Positions 14,101 to 26,100 of a stretch of 58,040 nucleotides of DNA are shown here, piece by piece. Where the stretch lies: assembly GCA_032718475.1 (NCBI GenBank), contig JAUCBJ010003023.1, positions 1 to 58,040 on the forward strand, written 5' to 3'. Both the position numbers and the translations under genes were made by a program. Origin of the DNA: Nemertoderma westbladi (taxonomy: Eukaryota > Animalia > Xenacoelomorpha). Under the pieces are notes generated by a model. That model had not been told where the DNA came from and made no database searches. It saw only the letters and a program-made list of their open reading frames with translations. Position 1 is the first letter of the stretch; each line of letters begins with the position of its first letter.

Positions 14101-17100
14101 TGTTTTATGCCGTTCTCTTAGGCAACTGTTGCTTAAGCAACTGTTGCTTAGGCAACACATAAAAGTTTGAAACCTTTTAATGCTCACAAACATTATAATC
14201 CAATAATGCAACATCGAATTCAAATACGAATTTATTTTCAAAAAAAAAATATTATTATTCAAAAATTAATATTCATAACTGTGGTGAGGGTACAGGGAAC
14301 TTACTGTCAATAACTTATTTGCATCTCAGCCACCGTACCCCACAGTGTCCTCTATTTATAACGGAACGGCATTATGTAACTGTTTGTTTACATGGCATTC
14401 GATCAGGAATTAATTATTTGTTCATATAGTTAACATTTTGTTCAAACAACTGTTCAGTGTTCACAGACGAAACTTCTAAAATTATAGTCCTGAATAAGTG
14501 CTCGACTCCGAAACTGAGTTAGATTATGCGAATTATATTCTGGAATATAATTGTTTGGCCCTGCAACAACTAACAGTACTAGTAGGGGTTGTATCAGTAG
14601 CAGCTCTTTAGTGAACTGATTCGAGTTAAATAAAGTGTTTTAGGCAGCAATAGCGAGAAGCCTAATTCGGTTGTCATAAAAAAGTTTAAAAAAGTAAGCG
14701 GTTCAAACACTCTCATCTGATAGATCAAAGTCAACATGCGATGCCGGAAACCAATGGCAATATATTTGCGATAACGTCAATATAGTATTCCATGATTTTT
14801 CTGTGTATCTTGCCAATACATTTAATATCATTATATTATGCTCGTGGCAAATTAGTAAAGTAAACAGCTTCTGAATAATAAAATTATGCTATTTGGGCTA
14901 CATTGTTAAATTGGTGATAATAGTATACCTGATGATAATCTTTCAAAATTAGAAATAATTAGAAATAAACGTTATCCAGTGTCTGCTATACAAACAGGAC
15001 ACAAATTAATTATATATAACACAGCAACCTTGACTTCTCGATTTACAAAAAGAGCAAATATCAACGCCAAAAGAAATTATAGATAGATTATCTACTATTA
15101 TAAACAATATGCATGTGTTTCTTTCTTCACGCCAAAAGATTCGTTGTTTTTGTTAGTGGTATACAGCTCAGTCTCATTCATGTTAACTCCTCCATCTTGC
15201 TAAAATGTAACAAACAAATAAGCATGTATTGTGTATTTAACGAGCATGTATTGTGTCGAACGAGCTCGGGCAGTGGAAATTATGTATTCATATAATATGG
15301 AATATATTAACTAACATATTATCTACCAGGCTTCTCTGTAATTTCTTGTGTTGGAAAATATTTTTGGTTTAAGAATGTACATTTTTCACCCTGTGTGACG
15401 ATAATTTTGAAGTTAAATCATCTACATCCACCATACGTACAGCATAAATTTAAATTGTTGTGAAGAGGTGTTCGGGGGTGGCTGTGTGGCGTTCACCAAA
15501 ACAGAAAAAGGGACTATCCACCAAAAAAAGAAAAACAAAATTCCAAGCCATGCACAACACACTCGTGTGGTTATACATTATTATACACATGAGTATTACC
15601 CCTTCCAAGACTTGGCGTACAAGTCCGGTCCACTCGCCATTGCGACGTATACCGTAACTATCAACGACATGAACTTTGTATGAAAACGTTCCTTTTTTAT
15701 CAGAAGAATGTTCAACAATATCTGCTCTGACAGCGTCAATCACATCAAAGCAGTATCCAAAAAACTCTTGTGATCCATTATCATGGGTCATTGCCATGGA
15801 GAAGGGACTTTCCTATTAATTTCAGATATAGAACAAGTTATTCAAAGGCAGACATGTTAACCTGAATAAAATTTAATGTAAATCTTAACCTAAACATGGC
15901 AACAGATTCCATGCCAGATGTTTTCATTACCAAAGTTTAGAGATAAGTATCACGCAAAACATTTCGTGAATGGTGTCTTTGGTGTCTAAAACTGAAGTTC
16001 GAATGTGTTTAAAACTCAAGATTCGTTATGAAATATATTAAATATATTACATTACTTAAAAGTAAGAAAAAGAGATTCAATTAAAATGTAATTAATCAAT
16101 TTCTGGCATAACGGACATGGGCATCACAAAATATAAGTTTCAAATTTATTGAAATCCTATACCAGGATTGAGCATGTGCACCTGAGAAAATCGTAAGAAA
16201 AATATAAGACATAAAACATTTAATTATAATAGAACGAAAAATAGAAAAATGTGGGCTATAAAGTGCAACAGGTGGTAAAGCAACATCACAGGAAGAAGAG
16301 ATGTATCAACCTTCAATAATTACAAATTTTAAGAGAAGAAAGAGTCCCGACTCAAACAGACTACAGCGGCCAAGAATGCAGTTAAGGCTGCATCTAGGAC
16401 CCTGAACAGGCAGTACTCTGTTAATCTACAGGAGCTAATAAACCAACAGGTTGTTTGCCATCAATGATGCTGATGACAGCAGGCAATCATCCCAGGCATG
16501 GAAGTCGATCAACTGGCTTACTGGGCGGAAAATCCAACCAACCACCAAGGTTAAGGCTGATTCACCAGCCGATCGCCTCAATGGTTGGAAGGCCCACTTT
16601 GAAAAGCTCCTCAATAATGACAGGGTATTGCCTGATAACTTTATAGAAGTAAAAGTGTCTGAGTCTGTACTCCCAGATATTCCCATTGACGATATCTCCT
16701 TTGCAGAAGTGAAGGCTGCTGCAAAGACCATTAAGACCAATCGTGCCAGTGGAGTAGATGGTGTTCCCCCTGAGGTCTTTAAAATACCTGAGTGCTTAAA
16801 GCTCATCTATCCCATCATAGTAGACATGTACCGAACAACAAGAGTCCCACAAGAAATGAAAACAAATAAGTTGGTGCCAGTTCCCAAGAAGGGCAACCTA
16901 AAACTCTATAGTTCTTTTCGGGGAATTTCATTGATCTCGATTGCTGCAAAGCTATACAATAGAATTATAATAAATCGCATCAGGGATCCCATTGAGAGAC
17001 TGCTCCGTGGAAATCAGAATGGGTTCCGTAAAGGTCGTGGGACCATGGAGCCCATTTTGGCGCTTAGAAGGATAATTGAAGAGTTATCAAAAAAGAAAGA

Positions 17101-20100
17101 CAGGCATCTAGCATCTGGCTGTTTGTTATCTTTGTTGACTTCTTCAAGGCCTTTGATTCAGTCTCTCGCTCACGTATGTTCAGCATACTTTCATTATATG
17201 GGATTCCTGATGAAATTATTGCAGCAATCAGATCAGTATACGATGGTTCGACAACATTTGTGTCTACTGTTGACGGTGACATAGATCCATTTGAAGTGTT
17301 ATTGTGGTTGACTATGTTCTACGCATATCCTTAGATCATCATAATGATGATGGGGTGATGATAACTCCACCTACTGGCTCCAGAAGTCGAGGAAATCCTG
17401 CCAAGTACCTTACTGATCTAGACTTTGCTGATGACTTAGAAGTACTCTCAGAATCACTAGACGGAGCCCAACAGCTCCTCAGCTCATTAGAACAGGCTGC
17501 TTCTAGTGTTGGTCTTTTTATTAACTCCAGAAAGACCAAAATTTTGACAGTTAACTTTGAAAGTCCTCAGCAAGTCTCTGACCGGCTGAGCATAAGCTCA
17601 AAGGATGGTAAGCTTGATCATGTGGACGACTTCTGTTACCTGGGATCATGGATCCGGAAGTCAGGTGAGGACCTTCGAATACGTAAGGGAAAGGCATGAA
17701 TAGGCTTTCCAGGTTTTGGAAGTCACCGAGAATTAATCGGAAACTTAAGGTCCGATTATTTAGAGCAGCAGTAGTTCCAGTACTACTCTATAGGAGTCCA
17801 TGCTGGGCTCTAACTGCTGAGGACACCAAATCTCTCAATGGCACATTCACAATAATGCTACACCTGGTTCATTGTGTCAAATACAATGTACACATCTCCA
17901 ACCAGACACTATATAACATTGGAGGTGTCTCATTGGTTCCCCCAAGCTTGACACTAGAACAAAATCGCCTCCGCTTTGCAGGACATTGCTTTTGCCGTGA
18001 GGGCCAGCCAGTGCATAATCTTGTACTTTGGCAGCCTCATGGAGTGAATAAGCATGGTGGACAGCCCATGACTTTCTTGAGACGCATCTTAAAAGACAAT
18101 GGCCTTGAAGATGCGGATGTTCTAGCAAATGTCATGGGTGATAGGGAGTTGTGGCGGCGCAATTTTGCCGACAACCCGGCACAGCATTCTTTAAAATGCA
18201 GCTGCAATGCAGCATGCCGATCCTAGTAGTAGTAGGAAGAGATCTAAAGTAAATGCTCATACAAATCATACATTGGTAGCCCCGCACCATCCTCAATCCC
18301 CAGCCCACTGGGTAACTTAGTAGCCGAGCCCTGCACCGTCCTCAAACCCGAGCCCCCTACGCCACTTGATAGCCCCGCACCAGCCTCAATCCCCAGCCCA
18401 CTGCGCCACTTGGTCGCCGAGGCCCGCACCGTCCTCATCCCCAGCCTACTGCGCCACTTGGTAGCCACACACTGTCCTCAATCCCCAGCCTACTGCGCCA
18501 CTTGGTAGCCACACACCGTCCTCAATCCCCAGCCTACTGCGCCACTTGGTAGCACCGCACCGTCCTCAATCCCCAGCCTACTGCGCCACTTGGTAGCCAC
18601 ACACTGTCCTCAATCCGCAGCCTACTGCGCCACTTGGTAGCCACACACCGTCTTCAATCCCCAGCCTACTGCGCCACTTGGTAGCCCCGCACCGTCCTCA
18701 ATCCCGAAACCACTGCGCCACTTGCTAGCCCCGCACCGCCCTCAATCCCGAGCCCACTGCGCCACTTGGTAGCCCCGCATCGCCCTCAATACCCAGCCCA
18801 CTGCGCCACTTGGTAGCCCTGCACCGGCCTCAATCCCCAGCCCACTGCGCCACTTGGTAGCCGAGGCCCGCACCGTACTCATACCCAGCCCACTGCGCCA
18901 CTTGGTAGGTAGCCCTGCACCGGCCTCAATCCCCAGTCCACTGCGCCACTTGGTAGCCGAGCCCCGCACCGTCCTCAATCCCCAGCCCACTGCGCCACTT
19001 GGTAGCCCCGCACCGCCCTCAATACCCAGCCCACTGCGCTACTTGGTAGCCCTGCACCGGACTCAATCATCAGCCGACTGCGCCAGTTGGTAGCCACACA
19101 CCGTCCTCAATCCCCAGCCTACTGCGCCACTTGGTAGCCCCGCACAGTCCGCAATCCCCAGCCTACTGCGCCACTTGGTAGCCACACACCGTCCTCAATC
19201 CCCAGCCCACTGCGCCACTTGGTAGCCGAGCCCCGCGCCGTCCTCAATCCCCAGCCTAATGCGCCACTTGGTAGCCCCGCACCATCCTAAATCCCCAGCC
19301 TACTGCGCCACTCGGTAGCCGAGCCCCGCACAGTTCTCAATCCCCAGCCTACTGCGCCACTTGGTAGCCCCGCACCGCCCTCAATACCCAGCCCGCTGCG
19401 CCACTTGGTAGCCCCGCACCGTCCTCAATCCCCAGCCTACAGCGCCACTTGGTAGCCGAGCCCCGCACCGTCCTCAATCCCCAGCCTACTGCGCCACTCG
19501 GTAGCCGAACCCCGCACATTTCTCAATCCCCAGCCTACTGCGCCACTTGGTAGCCCCGCACTGCCCTCAATACCCAGCCCACTGCGCCACTTGGTAGCCC
19601 CGCACCATCCTAAATCCCCAGCCTACTGCGCCACTCGGTAGCCGAGCCCCGCACAGTTCTCAATCCCCAGCCTACTGCGCCACTTGGTAGCCCTGCACCG
19701 CCCTCAATACCCAGCCCACTGCGCCACTTGGTAGCCCCGCACCGTCCTCAATCCCCAACCTACTGCGCCACTTGGTAGCCCCTCACCTTCCTCAATCCCG
19801 AGCCCAATGCTCCACTTGGTAGCCGAGCCCCGCACCGTCCTCAATCCCCAGCCTACTGCGCCACTCGGTAGCCGAACCCCGCACATTTCTCAATCCCCAG
19901 CCTACTGCGCCACTTGGTAGCCCCGCACTGCCCTCAATACCCAGCCCACTGCGCCACTTGGTAGCCCCGCACCATCCTAAATCCCCAGCCTACTGCGCCA
20001 CTCGGTAGCCGAGCCCCGCACAGTTCTCAATCCCCAGCCTACTGCGCCACTTGGTAGCCCTGCACCGCCCTCAATACCCAGCCCACTGCGCCACTTGGTA

Positions 20101-23100
20101 GCCCCGCACCGCCCTCAATACCCAGCCCACTGCGCCACTTGGTAGCCCCGCACCGTCCTCAATCCCCAGCCTACAGCGCCACTTGGTAGCCCCGCACCGT
20201 CCTCAATCCCCAACCTACTGCGCCACTTGGTAGCCCCTCACCTTCCTCAATCCCGAGCCCAATGCTCCACTTGGTAGCCGAGCCATGCACCGTCCTCAAC
20301 CTCCAGCCCACTACACCACTTGGTAGCCCCTCCCCTTCCTCAATCCCGAGCCCACTACGCTACTTGGTAGCCCCTCACCTTCCTCAATCCCCAGCCCACT
20401 GCGCCACTTGGTAGCCGAGCCCCGCACCGTCCTCAACCTCCAGCCCACTGCGCCACTTGGTAGCTCCCCACTGTCCTCAATCCCCAAATTGTGGCAATTA
20501 TTTTTCTCTTTGTAATCCGCATTTCCTCAAAAAGGTAGGACAAAAAAATACTACTTTCTTTTTTGTAAATGAAACAATTAATATTTTAAAATCTTATATT
20601 ATTTTGGGAATACATAGTGACAAAGATCCGTTTGCGACTCCAATAAACACCTTATGTGTGAAATTTTTATAAATTAAAATGAATCAGTTGTCAGTGATAT
20701 TAGTACTAAAGAAAAGGAACTACAGCTATTTGTTTCGTTTACAAACTTTGTTCTGAACGTCGCCAACAATTCCATCAAATATTTTAGTAGTTTCATTCTG
20801 TACACCGTATTTACCGTCTCCTAGTGCATAAATTTGGTATGAAAATATCTTGCCATGCGTCTTTTTAATGTCATCTTTAATTGAATTGATAACATCAATG
20901 CAATACCCAACATATTGAGGATCATTATCCCTGGTACCTTTCATGACAAATGGTGCCTCCTGAAAGTCAATTAATATAAGTTCTACTGGTTTCATGGCGA
21001 ATTCTAAAAGTAAATATTAAACATACTATATTGTTTTTTTTAAGGAATACTTTATTAACACTATTGGGGCCAAAGGAACACTACATGGCGCTCTAAATGG
21101 CAGATTAAATTACAGGTACTTTCCTGGATCAATTTTATTGATCGTTCATTCCAAGATAAACGATTTCACAATGACTAAATCTGAGTCAATCAGAAGTGGG
21201 GGTCGATCTGTTCTTCTGCTGTTATAGATAAATAAGACATCGTACATTTTTTGAAGATTTGGTTATTCCGGGCAGCAGAAGAGTGGTGCCCCATACCACA
21301 AGATGCTGCTAGGCAAGTGTTTATCGCATAGGATACACAGTTCATTAACGAATGAGGCATAATTTCGGTTATATCTTATTACCAAAAAACAATGGGCGAG
21401 TCTTCCAAGGCCACGGCTATCGTTAGAACAGATCAGATATGATATTATTCTTTGACAGCTCGCATGTGAGATGAAAATATGGAGGTAAGCCATTTATTTT
21501 CTTAATGCATTTGCTAAAATACACCAGTCTAGAGTGCTCATGATTTTGGGAAATACATGGCATCATATTCATTAAATTTAGTTTGTGTTGGTTCGCAAGA
21601 ATTTATGTGAATTTGATGTACTCTAAACATATCAAACGCAATAATAAAATATGCATATTATATTGTAGTTTTCTTAGTAAATATTTAGATTTATTTTTTT
21701 AAAAAGCAGAATGGATATGCAGCAGAACATTGTATTCGTCACTGAATGTACCTAAATGGACAGATTGATATCTGTACTCTAGAAACCACCACCCCAACCG
21801 CAAGACTAGGAAGAAGTGCAAGAGGGACTTTATTGTTACCTCTCCCAGTCATCATCGTAACTATGCAAACTCTTCCAAACTGGCCTGAAGATTCTCAAGG
21901 CCTCTTTCTGGAAGAGGTAGTCATTGCCAGTGCTTTCTAATTGTTTCACATTATTTTTGAGCTCTTACTGCGTTTGCTGCACATCACCACATTTGGGTAT
22001 TATGATATATGGCTTGGTGAGTTGGGGTGTGTACTCGAGACCATGACACCATGATAAAGCTGTCCACCAGTTTCTCATCATTGTGGAAAATGTGCTTGGT
22101 CTCCAACATTGTTCGAACATCATAGGATTTAACTAAGGGCATTAGGGCAACGATTTTGAACAATTCTTCGCGATTTTCGCGATCTTCGCGATCTTCGCGA
22201 TATTTTGTATTTAACAATACTATAGGTGGAGCTTCGCAAACGTCGCGATCTTCGCGAAAGTTCTTGAACATTTTTAAAAAAATAAGTTTTTAAATAAAAT
22301 AGCCAACATGTTCTATAGTATGTATATGACACTATTAGTATTAGTATTGTTCACAGAATTCTAGAATGTTATATATATACAGACAGATGGTATAAAATTG
22401 TATTCTAGAAGTCCATGTATTTGAGTAGGCCTTCCAGAAATATTGCTATTTTTGCGTCGCTGTACCTATAATGGTATTAATAATTAATATTATTAAAGGT
22501 TGAGAAATTTTTTTATCGAAGCTCCACCTATAGCATTGGTAAACACAAAATATCGCGAAGATCGCGATGTTTGCGAAGCTCCACCTATAGTATTGGTAGA
22601 CACAAAATATGGTGAAGATCGCGACGTTTGCGAAGCTCCACCTATAGTATTGGTAGACACAAAATATCGCGAAGATCACGACATTTGCGAAGCTCCACCT
22701 ATAGTATTGGTAGACACAAAATATGTCGCGAAGATCGCGACGTTTGCGAAGCTCCACCTATAGTATTGGTAGACACAAAATATGTCGCGAAGATCGCGAC
22801 GTTTGCGAAGCTCCACCTATAGTATTGGTAGACACAAAATATGTCGCGAAGATCGCGACATTTGCGAAGCTCCACCTATAGTATTGGTAGACACAAAATA
22901 TGTCGCGAAGATCGCGACGTTTGCGAAGCTCCACCTATAGTATTGGTAGACACAAAATATCGCGAAGATCGCGACGTTTGCGAAGCTCCACCTATAGTAT
23001 TGGTAGACACAAAATATCGCGAAGATCACGACATTTGCGAAGCTCCACCTATAGTATTGGTAGACACAAAATATGTCGCGAAGATCGCGACGTTTGCGAA

Positions 23101-26100
23101 GCTCCACCTATAGTATTGGTAGACACAAAATATGTCGCGAAGATCGCGACATTTGCGAAGCTCCACCTATAGTATTGGTAGACACAAAATATGTCGCGAA
23201 GATCGCGACGTTTGCGAAGCTCCACCTATAGTATTGGTAGACACAAAATATGTCGCGAAGATCGCGACGTTTGCGAAGCTCCACCTATAGTATTGGTAGA
23301 CACAAAATGTGTCGCGAAGATCGCGAGGTTTGCGAAGCTCCACCTATAGTATTGGTAGACACAAAATATCGTGAAGATCGCAACGTTTGCGAAGCTCCAC
23401 CTATAGTATTGGTTGGTAGACACAAAATATCGTGAAGATTGCGACGTTTGCGAATTTTCGCGATTTTCGCAATCTTTGCAATTATCACGACGTTTGCGAA
23501 GATCGCGAAGACATATTATATTTAGATTGCTTTTGCACATTATAAATTCGATTTGGGTGTGTTGTTATTCAATTAGTGTCATTTAAATTTGATGGTTAGT
23601 TTTAAGTAACAGTTACAATAACCCTGTAACAACTGGGCTTAAAAATGCTTACATCTACACAGCACCATATGACTACTGGTTACTACTGCTATTCACTGAT
23701 GTCCCTTCTTGATGATGCCTTCATTTATCTATATTTATATGATCACTATATTATATCTCATAGTTTACTTAAAATATTAACAATACTATGTATTATTACT
23801 TATTCACTGTACCGGTATATAATTATTTTAAATAGAAGGATTAAAAAATATAGAATTTAATTGCATGATACATTAATTCATCAATCATTAATTCATCAAC
23901 ACATAGAGACAGGCAGGAAATAATAAAATTATAGTCGAGAGTTTATAGATGTCAGAATTAATGCGAAATACAGAAAAGTTAGATACAATTTGTTAATTCG
24001 CGCATCTAGGCATATCAGAATGAAGAGTATGGAAAACCACCATTCAGAAACGTTATTTTGTTTTCCATTACACCAAAAAAAGGGTTCAGATATTGAAGTC
24101 TAATCAATTGATACATGCATCGAGTACAGACACAATATCAGAAAATAAATAATAATGCATAGGATATACAACAGTAGTATCAGGGCCGCTTTGACGTTTA
24201 GGCTTACTTGGCTGCAGCCTAGAGGCCCAGGCTTGAAAGGGGCCCAAATTTGAATAAAACTGATGAGTGGATGAGTAATCCATATATAGGTATTCCTTAA
24301 AAAAAGGTCCATTATTTATATCATAAAAGTATAAACTGTTTTTTTTTTATATCCACTCGCGTCGCTCGCATTGCACATGTTGCTCATGTTTACTAAACTA
24401 ATACAAAAGTTTTGTTTAAAACCACTGAAAATTACGACTGCAATTGAACAACTGTCCCAAATGCGAAATTCTTACGAAAGTTAGTAATTTTCGTCAAAAT
24501 TAAAAACAATTCAAAGGGGGGCCTCTAGTTGAGAATAGCATAGGGGCCTTGAAAATGTTAAAGCGGCCCTGAGTAGTATCAACCCACAAATATATATAAA
24601 TAATATAGTCACACACACACATCCACATAATTATATTGCATACAATTCAATAATATAATCAATATCTTAATTTCTAACAAATATATGTTGAATGTTTTCT
24701 GATTTTATTGATTTTTCTAATTGTTATGTATGAATTAATACCAGTACATCCAATTCTTGTTTTTCTACTTTGATGGAAATACAGAAAGATTTCAGGTTAT
24801 GCACTATGCAGTGTCCGTCCTTATGGTACTATGTCTGGTGTGGTATCTAAAAATGTAGATCGTCTACTTTTTCAACATGACAGCTCTGTTGGAAGGAGCA
24901 CCAATTAGTAACATTTATACTAGGTGTAGAACTAACAATAAACATAAACAACTACTTTTCAATTAATTACCGGTACTAACAAATGCTATCATTCTCTTTA
25001 GTAATAGTACGTAAAGACACGCCCACGTTACCCAGTCTACATTAGTGGGTATCATTGAAATGGGTTTCTAACACTATAGCATAAGTATTAGCTTCATGCC
25101 GAGATACATCACCAATCACATACGTCATTCATAACGTCTCCAACAACTCCTGTCCAAATCTGTGTCTTTGCATCTTTTATCCCGTAACTATTTACCATAT
25201 GTATCTTATAATTAAAATGAACTCCTTTTATCTTATCGATATCTACTTTTATTGCTTCTAAAACCTCTATGCAATAGCCAACATATTTTGGTGGATCATT
25301 CGGCTTGGATTTTGGATCAAGCATTACGAAAGGCTCCTCCTTGCAAGCATTAAAATCAAAATAAATTATCAATATATATTCGTGAAACTATATAATTTGC
25401 ACAATCGCGAATTATCAATATATATTCATGAATTATCAGACCGTATCATTTGCACAATTATGATATACTTTTTTTAAGAACCAATAGTAAGTATTACTTT
25501 GTCTCATGCTCAATGGTATATTACATGATTGTAAGGACATGTCTGCACATGACATATCTATCTATGGTAACAAAAGTATTATAGAATTTTATAAAGCCGT
25601 TCTGATTTTAAAACAGAAAATGTTAGGACTATAATATTGTTACCGTAATGAGCAGAGGAGTGTCGCAGTTTCATGTGCTCTTGTTTTATTACATACATAC
25701 CAGAGTAGATTTAGTACAAATTCATATCAATCGGTGTTAAAATAGAAAACTATTTGCTTTGTTTTGTGACTTATTATTTCTATTAAATAATTTAAATATA
25801 AATTAATTAATAAATTAACAATTTAACACTGTAGGTATATATATATATATATATATATTGCTATATATATCGGGCTGTGTATGTACGCCTCGGAATACTG
25901 AGTAAGCTTTTGTATAGACCAATACCATATCATGACTATACAATGACATAACGCAAATGGTTAAGTACAACAGAATGGAGAGCATCCCCCAATCAAAAAG
26001 TAATAGACTAAAGCCCAGTTCACTGATACACTTTCAGTTACAGCGTGTTAACAGCACTGAGAGTGTGTGATGTCATCACCCCCAAACTGCCACTGCAAAG

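Noticed and set aside
12579-15599. Possible fourth S1 exon copy
   Set aside because: No further E.PF/GYC/YG-type segment was seen by eye here or in the other cassette introns; a decayed copy cannot be excluded without tblastn.
18244-23540. ORFs within the 40-bp and 57/59-bp arrays
   Set aside because: Repeat-derived; no domain similarity or splice signals.
15600-25339. Three separate iGluR genes or a gene cluster
   Set aside because: I found only one copy of every other exon; only the exon 10 segment is triplicated.
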